Translations under genes and position numbers: made by a program
The notes under the pieces: generated by a model
Seen by the model: only the letters and a program-made list of their open reading frames with translations
What the model was told of the DNA's origin: nothing
The model's database searches: none
In this document: piece after piece, positions 27,673 through 41,326 of the stretch
Position numbering within the stretch: the first letter of the stretch is position 1
Layout: the number at the start of each line of letters is the position of its first letter
Source of the DNA: Octopus sinensis
Lineage: Eukaryota
DNA: 64,000 nt
Direction of reading: 5' to 3'
NCBI RefSeq assembly: GCF_006345805.1
Contig: NC_043006.1
Location: forward strand, 32,426,001-32,490,000

Positions 27673-27784
<112 letters not shown>

Positions 27785-28498
27785 TACCACTCTGACTATT
27801 GAAAGCAACAGCAGCAACAATAACACGAATGGCCATTTTCTTTTACTGTACTTTATCTTCTCCACCATCACTTCTGCCGCCACAACCAAGTCCAATGTCG
27901 AAATAGTAACAGCAACAACAACAATAACAATAGCAGCCGTAGTGGGGTCAGTAGTAACAAAGATTATATAAAAACCAAAACATTTCTTTTTACATCAAAT
28001 ACAGTGCTGTAATAGAAAATATACTTGGAGCGGTTTCTGTAGAATCAAGTCTGGAAAAAAGTGAGTAAAAAACACAAAAAAAGAAAATTCAAAATGGAAT
28101 GTAACAATTCTTTAAGGAATATGGTGTTGTTGTTGTTCTTGCTGCTTCGTTCATTTTCTTGCAATTGGCATTGCGTATGAGTTGGTTGTGGTTTTGTTGT
28201 TGCCGTGTGGTTGTACATTCGTTTTTGTTTTGTTTTCGTTTTCGCTTGTTCTTCATATTCTTGTGGTTGTTCTACTGTATGGTGGATAGTTTCTGCGGGC
28301 GATTTTTTTGGAACGGTGAAAAGACGGTTCTTTGTTTTTCCCTCTTTTTTTTTTCTCATGGTAACGACTTGTCATTCTGCTGTTTCCTCCTCTTACTCCT
28401 CGCCATATAACGAAGAGATAGAGGAGAACAGTAATGACTGATTGATGTATGTGCGGGCATGAACGTTGCTCGTTTCATTTCGGTGGAAAGCACTCTTA

Positions 28499-28625
28499 TC
28501 TATATATATATATAAAACTGAGAATGTGTGTCTGTGTCTGTTTGTCTGTCCGCCTGTCTGTCGGTGCGTATGTGTGCATTATTAAAACTCGAGAGCTACC
28601 CAACCGATTTCATTTATATTTTTCA
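28499..28625 (+). mobile_element. Helitron-like non-autonomous element 5' part
   Basis: TC(TA)nTAAAA start, (CTGT)-type microsatellite, then AACTCGAGAGCTACCCAACCGATTTCA; resembles microsatellite-carrying Helitron ends. Confidence 0.45.
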
Positions 28626-28824
28626 TGTTTCTTGCCTAATGCGAGCCGGAGCAATTTCTTACACTGTTTCGGTATTACGTGTCAAAAGTGAAACAATAAC
28701 ATCTCTACTATAATGTGAGATGATAGTTTTAATATTAAAAGCTAATCTTTTATCTTACATTGCAAATATACGTACATACAAATATGCATACATACATACA
28801 AACATACATATACACACATATATG

Positions 28825-28881
<57 letters not shown>

Positions 28882-28886
28882 ATATA

Positions 28887-28924
<38 letters not shown>

Positions 28925-29104
28925 GCATGTATGCATGTATATATGTGTATATGTATCTATATACATGTATATGTATAGATATATATGTATAAATGTAGAT
29001 ATATATGTATATATGTGTGTATATATATGTAAATATATGTGTATATATATGTATATATATATATATATATATGCATACATATATGTATGCATGTATATAT
29101 ATGT

Positions 29105-29132
29105 ATATATTCATCTGAATCTATATATTGAT

Positions 29133-29165
<33 letters not shown>

Positions 29166-29580
29166 TATATATATCAATATATAGATTCGGATGAATATGG
29201 TACTTAAGTTGAAGACACCAGAGTTTAGTATGGTATTATCCATATAATTTAAAATAAGGTGATCATAATCAAAATAAGCAACAAGGATATCCAGAGGTAA
29301 TGCAGTACAACCGTTTCATGTGACTCCATTTAATTGAAGAATTACATAATTTGAAAACGTAGAGCAAAAATATTCTGAATTCATATTCTGAATTCATATT
29401 CAGAATATATCATAAAATCCAAATAAGAAGACGAAGAATGAATTCAACTCATCTTTATTACTAGTTACAATTGTTTCGGTACTACTTAGTTTTTAACGTT
29501 ATTACATGTAGATGAATCCATGCGAAAAGATACGTAATATTTGCGGTTGATTATAGTGGTGGGCCATTTCGTCAGACACG
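29105..29580 (-). mobile_element. Penelope-like pLTR relic with a long-helix-II hammerhead motif
   Basis: Minus strand CTGACGA (29569-29575) ... GAA-ACAATTGT-A (29466-29477); inverted repeat 29106-29132 / 29172-29198 around (TA)n. Confidence 0.5.
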
Positions 29581-29939
29581 TATAAAAAGATGTGCTCTTA
29601 CATTGAGCAGATTATATCATAGATGGTGAAATAAAATATTCTGGATAGAAGTGAAATACGAGTTTGTCCCACGTTTTGTACATTGAAATATTCCATGTGA
29701 ATAACCCACAGTTCTTCTGCTTATTTTGAAACAGCACCACTAAACACATAAACACATTTATGTTTATGTGCTACATTACGACTTTGACTCGCCTTCACGT
29801 GAGATTAAGCGTCCGGTGTTCAGCTCATTTTATTCAGGAACATATTTCAAGTTTGTGGTAGTGTGTGAGAAGAAATACCTAGTTAATCTTCAGTGTAGGT
29901 GACCGACAACCTAACCATGTTTCTCTCTAGCTCTATGGC

Positions 29940-29990
29940 AGTGACGTCACTATATAGGGGGAGCTGTTGCTAATAAGAAACAACAGTTTC
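29940..29990 (+). promoter_or_regulatory. Candidate Pol II core promoter (full CRE, TATA, Inr-like)
   Basis: Palindrome AGTGACGTCACT abuts TATATAGGGG; CAGTT lies about 32 nt downstream; non-repetitive context. Confidence 0.4.
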
Positions 29991-30395
29991 GGTTTGGAAA
30001 TACTACCGAATCAATTCAGCGTAACTTTAACTTCGATTTTCGTCTACTAGTTTTACATCATCGAGTGTAACTAACTACATTTACACACGCACACACACAC
30101 ACACACGCACACACACATACACACACACACGTTCACACTCACACACATACACACACACATGCATATACACAATCCAACGTATAGATACACATTCCAACGC
30201 ACACAGTCACTCGCACTTCAACATACGTACACAAATACCAACGTGCACGCTTACACACACTGCAACACACAACAACAACAGCAACAACAAAGTAACAACA
30301 CAATCAAGGTCAATTTACATTGTTCCATGAAGTAAGATTTACCATTCCCAATATGTTTCCATTAAAAAAGCTATCGGATTTCTTTATTTCTTTAG

Positions 30396-30471
30396 AATCA
30401 CCGCATTTCAGAGTTTACGTATTTGGTTTTACTTCTCTTTTCGTGTTATTTAATGCAAGGAACTGACCCAG
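30396..30471 (+). other. Candidate exon
   Basis: Acceptor TTTCTTTATTTCTTTAG and donor CAG|GTAAGA; open frame NHRISEFTYLVLLLFSCYLMQGTDP is hydrophobic and signal-peptide-like. Confidence 0.3.
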
Positions 30472-31031
30472 GTAAGAGATGAATTCTAATTCTATAAGAG
30501 AGAGAAATCAAACTGCATTGGGATTCTCAACAACAACAGCAAAAAAAAAAAAAAAAGGAAATATGAATAAAATAATTGTATTTAATTGAAAACCAAAGAG
30601 TCCATTCAAGAATGACGAGAATATGACTGGCTAATGCATCATTATTCAACTTCGAAAATTATAAAAAAACAACATAGAATAAGTATAGAGATAGAAATGT
30701 ATGTATATATATATAGAAAGATAGATAAATCGATCTATCGATAGATAGACACATAAAACAAACAGAAAAATAGATAGATAGACAAATAGTTAAATTAAAC
30801 AAAACTATGTATTAAATTTAGGACACAAATCGATATTTGGCAATGGAAGAAAATTTAATGGGTTCTTGTCAATGGATAGTATGTATGTATGTATGTATGT
30901 ATGTATGTATGTATGTATGTATGTATGTATGTATGTATGTATGTATGTATGTATATGTATATGTATGTATGCATGCATATATGTACGTATGCATGTATGT
31001 ATGCATATATGTATGTATGCATGTATGTATG

Positions 31032-31215
31032 TCATTATTCAGTTTTATTTCAAGATTTCTTGCCAATAGAGAAAGAGCCGGTTTCTAAACTAGATACAAG
31101 GCTTCTTTCATTGGAGTTTCAACATAAAATAACAGGGAATTTTTGTTTGTATGTATGTCTATGTGCAATTTGTATGTTTCGATTTATGTATGTATTCTCA
31201 TGCATATAGTTACAC
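31032..31215 (-). mobile_element. 3' UTR of the (CATA)n-associated RLE family, interrupted by a CR1
   Basis: Reverse complement of about 9705-9927; continues at 31798-31831; abuts (TATG)n. Confidence 0.8.
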
Positions 31216-31798
31216 ATTCGGAATGCTCACAGCAGCCATATTCCTACCGCTCTATGTCACGCTGGTGAGACCCATATTGGAGTACGGGATTCAAGCCTCT
31301 TCTCCTTATCTCCTCAAAGACATACATCATCTCGAAAGAGTCCAGAAGCTGGCTACCCGCATAGTACTTGGTCTCAAGCATTTGTCTTATGAAGAAAGGC
31401 TGAAGACGTTCGACCTTTATTCTCTAGAAAAACGACGACGCCGTGGTGATCTCATTCTTGCTCACAACATCATAAGCGGAAAGTGTAACCTCTCGAAAGA
31501 ACTGTTCTTCACTCCTGCTCCGGAACGTCGACTGCGGGGTCACTCCGAAAAGCTCCATCTGCGACGATTTCATCTCAATCGAAGGAGAGGGGCTTCCTCC
31601 GTCCGGGTTGCGGATCCGTGGAATAAGCTGCCGGACGAGATAGTGAAGATGCCGACGACCGCTCGGTTCAAAGTCTCCCTTGACCACAAATGGCCTGAAC
31701 TCTTTGTATGAACACCACCCTGTACATAACTCCATGTCCCCCTACATGGCCTTGCTTTTTGCTTTTTGAGCCAAAAAATTAACTTAACTTAACTTAAC
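31216..31798 (+). mobile_element. CR1-clade LINE 3' end
   Basis: LYVTLVRPILEY...LERVQKLATR...LSYEERL...LEKRRRRGDLI...RGHSEKL...RVADPWNKLP, stop at 31711, (TAACT)n tail. Confidence 0.9.
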
Positions 31799-33219
31799 AT
31801 ATCTATACATGCTCATATGTATTTTAAATGAGTGGATGTGTGTGAGCGCATGCGTGGTTTTTATTTGATTGGACTGGCGAAAACCAAATAAATAAATGTA
31901 CAAGTTACCTTCCCCGAAATATCTGACCAGAATGCTAACAAAAGTCACTCTTAAAATATAATAAACTTGGTACCAGACGATAATTAAACGGAAAACTTGA
32001 TTTCGCTTACCATCTTCAAACAAGCAGGGTTCTAGGAACGTGCTTCTGTCCGTATCCGTTTGTCGAATTTGATTGATAAGGTTTTGGTTGACAAGAGAAA
32101 TTGGTAGAAGACTCGTCCTCAAGATGCTGCACAAGTTTATTGCGCCTCCGAGATTATAAAGTACAAAACGTACTACTTAACCTTAAAATGTTTTGCTTTG
32201 AATAGTTACATTTTATGACGGACAAAGGATTCCCCACTAGAGTTTGTATTTTGATGGTATATACACGATGTTGTGACAAAAGATGAAGACAGTTTGAAGA
32301 AGCTAGTAATATTTCATTAGTAACGTTAATGTACTGATAAAGGGATGAATTAATTTGAGCTTTGAATTAATTAGGAAATGTTTAATGCACACGGGAGAAA
32401 CCTTAAAGGATTTAGAAAATAATTAGCAGCTACAGGTGTGATATGTGAATAAGGAATGTTATTAAAAGATACAGATATGATTAAGTTTGGAAGGTACGAA
32501 AACAACACGCCAGAGAAACCTATTAAATTCAAATTTCAGGAAACGAACTGTGCAATGTAGATAGATGATTGCTTAAATATGAATTAATGTATATAAGCAT
32601 TTTTGGATAGATTCTAATCATGATTTGAAATAATTCCTTAAAGATATATGTTCAGCGGATGAGTAAATGCAAAATGGAGCCAAAAGGAACACTTTTATAT
32701 AATCACACTGTCTTAAAATTTAAAGAAAGAGCTATGTATCCAAGAAATTGATTATTTCCTCGATATATTAAAGCAAAACCAATACGGGATACCTTACTTC
32801 AATAAATGTATCTCCTTCAGTATATTAGATACAAATTGAATTGTAATACAAACGAGTATGGCGTTCACGATTTAAAAGATTTGGCCAGTTTAACTTGCTT
32901 GGATGAATGTAGCCCTGAATGCAGATCGGACCCTCTGTTAAACAGCAACTACAATAACAGAGAAATCCATTTCTGAACTGAAAAAAAAAAAGAATAAAAT
33001 TCTGCAAAAACCTGGAGACGTGTATTGAGAATAATTTTTGTGTGAAAGCGAGGAGCAAAAGTTGTTGCTCTGTTTTGGATGTTGCTTATCCTCCAGGACA
33101 ATCAAAATGAAGTTGACCTGATGACAGCAGAATTGTCCCTGCTACTCATCAGTCTACCCATATTCCCAGTCCATTATTCCTGGCGTGGGTTGTAGCTCAG
33201 AGTCCTCAAGCACCTCCTC

Positions 33220-33375
33220 CATTGGGTTCTGTCAGAAGCAACTGATATTTATCCAACCATCTCCTTCTTGGTCTAACCCTAGGTCCCATGCTAGTTGTCT
33301 CAGCATGAAGCATCTGCATTGCGATCCTCTCTTGGGATATTATAATCTCACGTCCGTGACCTCTCAGCCATAATC
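33220..33375 (-). mobile_element. RTE-like LINE C-terminal relic
   Basis: GH...ERIA...GPRVRPRRRWLD resembles the RTE GRPRRRW motif. Confidence 0.5.
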
Positions 33376-34958
33376 ATCCAAATTAATTTTTCAGACCTTC
33401 TCCATCTAGAATTGTATTGAATATGTAGTGTTTAACGGCAAACTGATATTTGAGTGGTATTTGGCTGATATTTCTGGTCGGTCAAGTCATTACCTAGCTT
33501 GGATTCAAAACAAAGGAATTTGTGGGATATCGAGGTGAGAACCAAATCAATAAAGTGTAGGTTTCTTTATTCATAGCGGAATCAACTTCGGTGGCCAAAA
33601 CAATTGGCACATACTCTGACTTATAAACACTTCTAGAGGAGAACTGTAGGCGAAGCTGTTTTGAGAGCCAGGTATGATTTCTTTCACTGCAGAACTGAAA
33701 TAGGTCCATATATATATATACGTAGTTAGATGTTAGTTACCATACATAAGGCGCCTGGTGGTGAAGGTGCGTGGCTAATTGGTTAGAATGCTGCACTAAT
33801 GATCACCTGATCATGGTTTCGATTCCATGCCTGGGCGGTATAGTGTGTTTTTGAGCAAAAGAATTTATTTCACGTTGTTCTGTGATTATTTCGACATCTG
33901 AAGTGTGGAAAATTGTGTAGCTGGACAGGCAAGGTCGATTTGATCACTATAAACGAATTATCTGTGTGGTTGTTCAGCAAAAAGTGGCAGAACTTCATTT
34001 GTCCCTTATGACTGGAGAGTTCAATCCGCCATACATAAGGTGACCGACCAAAAGTAATTGTTAATAAACTGAAAGCAGTGTCTCATGACATTTCACAAGG
34101 CCCCTGAGACCAGTTGGACGGAAGATGTCCTTATATCTAGGCTGAAAGTTTGCAACAGAGTTGACGACTCGGCTGAAAACACCCAAAGTACCGGATCGTG
34201 GTGCTATATCGGGTGAGATATTAAGTCTACCACCTACGTAATAAGAAGCCCCATGAACGTTGATGAAAATTACTCTAAAAAGAAGCAAGCGGGAAAATTT
34301 GTAATATTTCAATTGAATAAAAATTAAATGGAGATACACAAGGAATTGTGTGTTTGATCTTTAGCAGTGATAACACTGGACATGATGCAGTCTTGTTAGA
34401 TGTTCTTCATAAAATATTGTCCACTCACAGTTGCCAACACATCAGAACAATTTACAAACAGAGAATTTGTGTAAAAGTGATTCGCTGATTGGGAAAACTT
34501 AATTATGTCCTCGGAAAACTTTTCAAGGATGTCTCCTGCGTGAACAACATTTAGTGAAACGCAATCAGCCATTCTTATAACTTTTTCTGTCCAAAGTATT
34601 TTCGTAAGTTTGTCTTAGACGTCCATGTTTGTCTTTCAGACTTTTAGGTAACCCTTGTTTCATACGTTCTGAGAAACATGAAGCTTTCCATCATAAATTC
34701 CAAATCTAATAGTTTAAAAAATTTGGGAATATGTATCATATATGAAGCATAGACATCAATGAAATGTGTTCTCTACGTCACATGTGATACACAGGATAAG
34801 AAGAATGTTAAGGTGTTAAGTTAAAGACATTTTGAATCACTTGCAATAACGTTCGGCGTATAAAGGAGGGAAGCTCCAAAATATGAATTAATCAAAACTT
34901 ACATGGAGAGATGAAATGTAGGGACTGAGTCTGATCTTTAGCAGCTATAGAAACAACA

Positions 34959-34995
34959 CCGGGCATGTTTCGGTTAGATTGTTCCTCGTCAGCGA
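34959..34995 (-). ncRNA. Degenerate minimal hammerhead motif
   Basis: TCG-CTGACGA-GG..CC-GAA-ACATGC-C-CGG; U16.1 appears changed to C. Confidence 0.35.
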
Positions 34996-35558
34996 AGCCC
35001 GGTCTACTCAAAATTAAATTACAGCATTGAAAGTTTTTGCAAGAGGATTTTCTTTGCATGGAAAGTATACATTTACGTTAAGGCTAACATTTAAAGTAGT
35101 CAGGCTGAAAATAACTTTTATTTTACTAAAGTTATAATTGTAATGAGAAGAAAGCCATTACATCTAATGAAAAAAATTACCCTCCAAAGGCACAACAATC
35201 ATCAAAGACTGGACTCACCATTTTCCCCTCCCAACACTTCATATCTACATTTAAATCGTGGTCAAATGAAATTACAAATGTTCTCTTCTTTGATTCGTTT
35301 GGGAGTAATTTTCATTAAGGCTAATTACATATCTTTATTCTCTTTGGGGTTACAATTTCAGCTTGGTGTAAAATTACTTACCGCTCACTACCGTCAGTAT
35401 TTAACTACACACGCCTTTTGCAGCTGGCATGCTTGGGAAATGTCCAATGTCATTATGTATGTATGCGTGTATACCTTTGTGTATATGTATGTGTGTATAT
35501 GTTTATATATCTATATATCTATATACGAATATACATTATATATATATATTATATATAT

Positions 35559-35592
<34 letters not shown>

Positions 35593-35666
35593 ATATATAT
35601 TATATATATATATATAGACACACATATAAATACACACATACACACACAGACTCACACACATACCAA

Positions 35667-35975
35667 TGGTGAAGGCATGACTCAGTTGTTAGAGCCTCGG
35701 GTTTACAAGCAAGAGGTTTTGCGTTCGATTCACAAACCCGGCTGTGTGTTGTGGTCATGAGCAAGGCACTTTACTTCACGTTTCTCCATTTCACTCAGCT
35801 GTAGAAATGCAACGTCACTAGTGCCAAGCTGTATCGGTCTTTGCTTTTCTCTTGGAATACATTGGTGGCATGGAGAGGGGAACCCAGTATACATGCGCGA
35901 CTGTTGGCCTGCCTTCCACAAACAACCTTGCCAATACTTGATTCTTAGATTGACACTTTACAGAGAAGTGCAAAG
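35667..35975 (+). mobile_element. tRNA-derived SINE (family D)
   Basis: Head with GTTCGATTC; body homologous to 1-190 and 55402-55727. Confidence 0.7.
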
Positions 35976-36188
35976 TGTTAACAATAGATTGAAAACAGGA
36001 AAAGAGAAGACGAAAGTAAATTAAAAATAAAATGGGTCAAAGCAGGGGAGATAAGCCAAAAGAGTAGATTGGCTTATATCATGTATCTGTCTACCATGAT
36101 ACATGGCATAGCTAAGAAACGACAATTAGAAATACGTAGGCATATATTTATATAAATAAGTATATACATGGAAACACACACAGATATA

Positions 36189-36255
<67 letters not shown>

Positions 36256-36277
36256 ATATATATATATATATATATAT

Positions 36278-36590
36278 AAGCAAGGAAAAATCGTAAAAAT
36301 GCAGAATGCTAATTGAAAGAAAATTTTAATGAAATGAGAAATTGATAAAATATATAAATATATATTTATTCAAACCGGTTTTCGTCATAATGTGACTTAT
36401 CAAGAAGACTTCTTGATAGTCACATTATGACGAAAACCGGTTTGAATAAATATATATTTATATATCTTATCAATTTCTCATTTCGTTAAAATTTTCTTTC
36501 AATTTAGCATTCTGGATTTTTACAATTTTTCCTTGCCTATCATTACTCCACGTGCGGTCAACACAACCCCACCATTTATTGATCTACATA
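36278..36590. mobile_element. Fold-back Penelope-like mini element (palindrome 36278-36539, centre 36408, unpaired tail to about 36590)
   Basis: About 130-bp arms with a 1-nt spacer; inserted in (TA)n. Confidence 0.8.
36369..36406 (-). ncRNA. Minimal type I hammerhead ribozyme candidate, U3-A8 variant
   Basis: TTC-TTGATAA-GTCA-CATTA-TGAC-GAA-AACCGGTT-T-GAA: all three helices pair. Confidence 0.6.
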
Positions 36591-36599
36591 TATATATAT

Positions 36600-37137
36600 G
36601 TTAGAGACAGGTGTTCTCTACACAGAATACACCTCGAAGTCCGCAAGAGAGCACTTTGGCCAGTAGATGAGTAAATGTAATGAAAAGCATGTTAGGTAAG
36701 TCGATTTACACAGAATATTAAATACATTTGATAGAAAAAATTACATGTGTACGGATATAAAATAGTCCGACTTACAGAATATAAATAATACCACGAGATG
36801 AATGGGTAGAATTTTAAGAGTCCAACAGCTGTTTCTGGGGGGCTTGGTGATCCATCCCAACCTCTCAACACCTCAAATGTAAAATTCTCCCCTGAAGACG
36901 GAGGTGGTGTTATTCGATAATAGATCCAAGTTACTATTATTCTTCCGGACCACCCAAGCTCTCAGAAATAGTTGCTGGACTCCTAAAATTCTACTCATTT
37001 AACTCCTGATACTATTTATATTCTGTAAGTCGGACTATTTTATATCCATACACATATACGTTTTTTCTAGTAAATGTATTTAATATTCTGTGTAAATCGA
37101 GTTGCCTAACTTGCTTCTCATTACATTTACTCATATA

Positions 37138-37140
<3 letters not shown>
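36600..37140. mobile_element. Fold-back Penelope-like element with long-helix-II hammerhead relic
   Basis: Inverted arms about 36667-36850 and 36948-37134. CTGAAGA at 36892 ... GAA-ATAGTTGC-T-GGA; the opposite arm keeps GAA-ACAGCTGT-T-GGA. Confidence 0.7.
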
Positions 37141-37195
<55 letters not shown>

Positions 37196-37199
37196 TGTC

Positions 37200-37590
37200 G
37201 GCGAAGGCGTGGCTGTGTGGTGAGAAGCTTGCTTCCCAACTACATGGTTACGGGTTCAACCCCACTGCATGGCACGTTGGGCAAGTGTCTTGTGCTATAG
37301 CCTGGGGCCGACCAAATCCTTGTGAGTGGATTTGGTAGACGGAAACTGCAAAAAAGCCAGTCGTGAATATGTATATCTAAATGTATATGTTTGTGTGTCT
37401 GTGTTTCTCCCCCCACTATCACTTGACAACCGATGTTGATGCGTTTACATCTTCGTAACTCTACAGTTCGGCAAAAAGAGACCGCTAGAATAAGTTCTAT
37501 GCTTACAAAGAATAAGTACTGGGGTCGAATTGTTTGACTAAAGGCGGTGCTCCTGCAAGGCCGCAGTCAAATGACTGAAGCAAGTAAAAG

Positions 37591-37592
<2 letters not shown>
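37200..37592 (+). mobile_element. tRNA-derived SINE (family A)
   Basis: Homologous to 17838-18303. Confidence 0.85.
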
Positions 37593-37643
<51 letters not shown>

Positions 37644-38287
37644 ATATATACACTAACATGTATATTATATAGAAAGCATACACACGCACATACAGTACAT
37701 AAAGTGAACTCAGAATATTGCTAAGCATTTTGACCGGCTTGCTAATGATTCCGCCAGATCGCCATTAATCATAAACAACAATTTACTCAATAGGATACAA
37801 CTTTATCGAGCACTATAGTATCGATTCAATAACATTCAATACAGGCATCACATCAATCCATTTTCAAAGTCTTAGTACCGAGACAGCCATTTTACACACA
37901 AAACGGTGTTAGTAAAAAACAAAGCAAACAATAACAGTTAACCTTAGCAAAATATTCCAAATCAGAAAATGGGAACAAATTAGTAAACTGATAAAAAACG
38001 GTTATCTAGGATTAAACTTTTCGTTCTATGTCTTTAGATGAAGTTAATTTCATTAAAAGTAAATCGATGTTCCTGTGTATTAGAATGTATGATTTATCAA
38101 CCACCAGATCACTCATAAAGATATTGCACTTTAGCCGATGGCCAGTTGTAGTGAATGAACTCATAAGACGTGGAGTATGGGAGTTTGATACAATGGTAAC
38201 TGTCGTGCACGCTAGCACAGTTTTATAATTGAATCATTATTGACTAACTACAGCCATTCACATTTCAGCTCTTATTTGTTAGTTAGT

Positions 38288-38620
38288 TCTTCGCGTGCCA
38301 TGAGGCATATAAGGGCGCAACGTGATCTCTCCAACCAGCTCTGTTTTTTACCACTGTTCTGGTCTCATTCCAGCTTCTTCATCATCCTCGTTTTCTTTCC
38401 TTGTCAATGATCCTTCACTATGTGATTTTAGGAAACTCTGCTGCTCTTGTTCCCTCAGTGCTGCGATATAGTACCACCATACAATCGTTTTCTCGAATTT
38501 GTCTGACCCAGTTCCGGCGTCAGAGTCTTATTTCGTCACTGATCTTTTTGATGCGCATTGTTATGTCATGTCAATTGCGTCATTTTGGGTCTTTTCAATC
38601 ACTTGATTTCGTGTGTTCGC
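38288..38620 (-). mobile_element. RTE-like LINE 3' end relic
   Basis: Degenerate PKIT*RII...SWNE...NRAGWRDHVAPLYASWH, typical of RTE C-termini. Confidence 0.55.
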
Positions 38621-39350
38621 TTCAAGCATGTGAATTGCAATCTGTCCATTGTTTTTATTTTAGTTGTATTACAATCCAGTTAACTTCTAGAAGTCATCAC
38701 AAGAAAATAAATCGATCGCAGAACTTAACAGGAACTTTATTTTATTTACCTTGAATGGATTAAAAAGCATATTTTACCACAGTGGAATTCGAATTCAGAA
38801 CGCCAAGTGTCCTAAGTAAATACTGCAAGAACTTTATCCCGACCATCTAATGATATTGCAAACCAACCGACATTAAATAGGTAATCATATCACAACACAA
38901 ACTTATCATTGTAACATTGTATGACAATTCAATCAAAAAACGTTAACTTAGCTTTCAATTGAAGGATGTCGCTTCTCCGATCTCACAAGAGGTCTTCAAT
39001 TTCTGAAAGTAAATACGAAAAGCAATTAAATAACGTATCATTGATTTCCAGTGTTTCTTGTATATAGTTCGTATATAGAGAGACGGTAATGAATAGCTTT
39101 AATGTATCTATTACGTTAGAAAACAAAAAGGTGTGTGTTGTCATCATTGTTTTACAAGAAATACATTTGGGAAGCTTGTCGATAAAGAGACATAAACGCA
39201 AGCACAAATACACGCACACACATATATATTAGACAGATAGTTAAATAGATACATAGACAACCATAGATATAGACATATGCATACATCATATGCATGCATA
39301 TATATATATATATATGATACACACACACATATATCCAGAGAGAGCGAGCG

Positions 39351-39411
<61 letters not shown>

Positions 39412-39761
39412 CAAACATTTGTGTATGTATCTCTCGTTTGACACACGTATATACTTGGCAGAATCGTTAGAGTATAAAATAAAGACAAACTGAGTGGAAA
39501 TACTTTTTGCTAGTTTTCTGGATCAAATAACATCGAGGTCACCTTTAGCTTTCATCCTTTGAAGGTCGATAACCAGAAAGTACTGATCCAGAGCGAAGGA
39601 TCGTGAGGAATTGATAACTTTGCCAAAGATCGGATGAAATGTCTTGAATGATTGCCAATCCAGCGGTTTAAAGATAACTTTTTTCTTCCGACTAGTCCCC
39701 GGTTTAAAAGAAGAGCATACCATTCTTTCCCTATCTATCGCTCCAGCCTCACATGTACGCC

Positions 39762-39812
<51 letters not shown>

Positions 39813-39979
39813 ATTATATATATATACAGATAGCTAGACAGACAAACAGTTAGATGGATAGATAGATAAAGTGTCCGGAAAATATATATATATATTTATG
39901 TATATATATATACATATTCATATATATATACATATACATATATATATACATATACATATATATACATAAATATATATAT

Positions 39980-40065
<86 letters not shown>

Positions 40066-40150
40066 TATACAGATAGCTAGACAGACAAACAGTAGATGGA
40101 TAGATAGATAAAGTGTCCGGAAAATATACATACATATTATATATATATAT

Positions 40151-40198
<48 letters not shown>

Positions 40199-40240
40199 TC
40201 ATATATACATATTCATATATACATACATATATATACATAA

Positions 40241-40285
<45 letters not shown>

Positions 40286-41280
40286 AATATATATAAAAAT
40301 ATAGATACATATAAATACACACACAAATATATATAAGGGTCTAGATCCAGGCATTTATACCTATATATGTACATGTGTATGTGTATATGTGTGTGTATGT
40401 GAGTGTATGTTTGAACCTTGAGTATGGATACAAATGTTAATATAAATACTCATATACATACACACATACATACAGACGCACGCACGCAAGCGCGCACACT
40501 CAAACACACACACATATACTGGAACACAAATGAATATATATATAGACCATAACTAAACAGTTGGAACAGAGAGAGAAAGAGTCACTCAAAGAAAGAAAAA
40601 GTCACACATTTTCCCCATTACTAATCGTTAAAGCTATCGGTTCCCTATCGACCAGTTATCGATATTGTCGTGACATCAAAAATACCCAACTAAGCGACAT
40701 CAGATAGATCTATTTTAAAATAATCTTAACGGATTATTTAATTTATTTTTGTAGAAATTATTATATACCTTGCAGAATATAAATAAATATAGAAATAATA
40801 AATTACGAAGAACTGTTTTTGCGAAATTTCGTTTTTTTAATTCTATATCTGTATATATGTTCTTCTACGTATATGTATGTATGTATGTATGTGTGTATGT
40901 ATGTATGTATGTATGTATGTATGTATGTATGTATGTATGTATTATGTATGTATGTATGTATGTATGTATGTATGTTTGTATGTATACCTATTTATCTATC
41001 TCTCCATGTATCTAACTTCCTCTCTCTATAGATATATATTTGTCATTACATGTACATGTGTACGTACGTGTGTGTTTATATTTGTGTGTGTGTGTGTGTG
41101 TGCGCGTGTGTGTGTGAGTGCGAGTGTGTTTTCAATTGAAGCGAGAGAGAGGAGGGAAACGAATATCGATCGATTGATTAATCGATTCACTCTTTGATAG
41201 AATCTTATGCATTGGGCTTACGTATGAGACATAGCAAAGCTGATAGGGAGAAAGATTGATACAGGGATAGATGGATAGAT

Positions 41281-41326
<46 letters not shown>

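Noticed and set aside
28045-28359. 104-aa ORF
   Set aside because: Low complexity and no recognisable homology; kept only as an exon candidate region
32821-32976. Acceptor-like site followed by a 51-codon open frame
   Set aside because: Phase incompatible with the 30471 donor frame and no homology recognised
34040-34500. Possible Gypsy integrase remnant
   Set aside because: Only a vague QFTNREF motif; insufficient support
35381-35403. Minus-strand AATACTGACGGTAGTGAG resembling miR-8/miR-200
   Set aside because: No pairing arm visible
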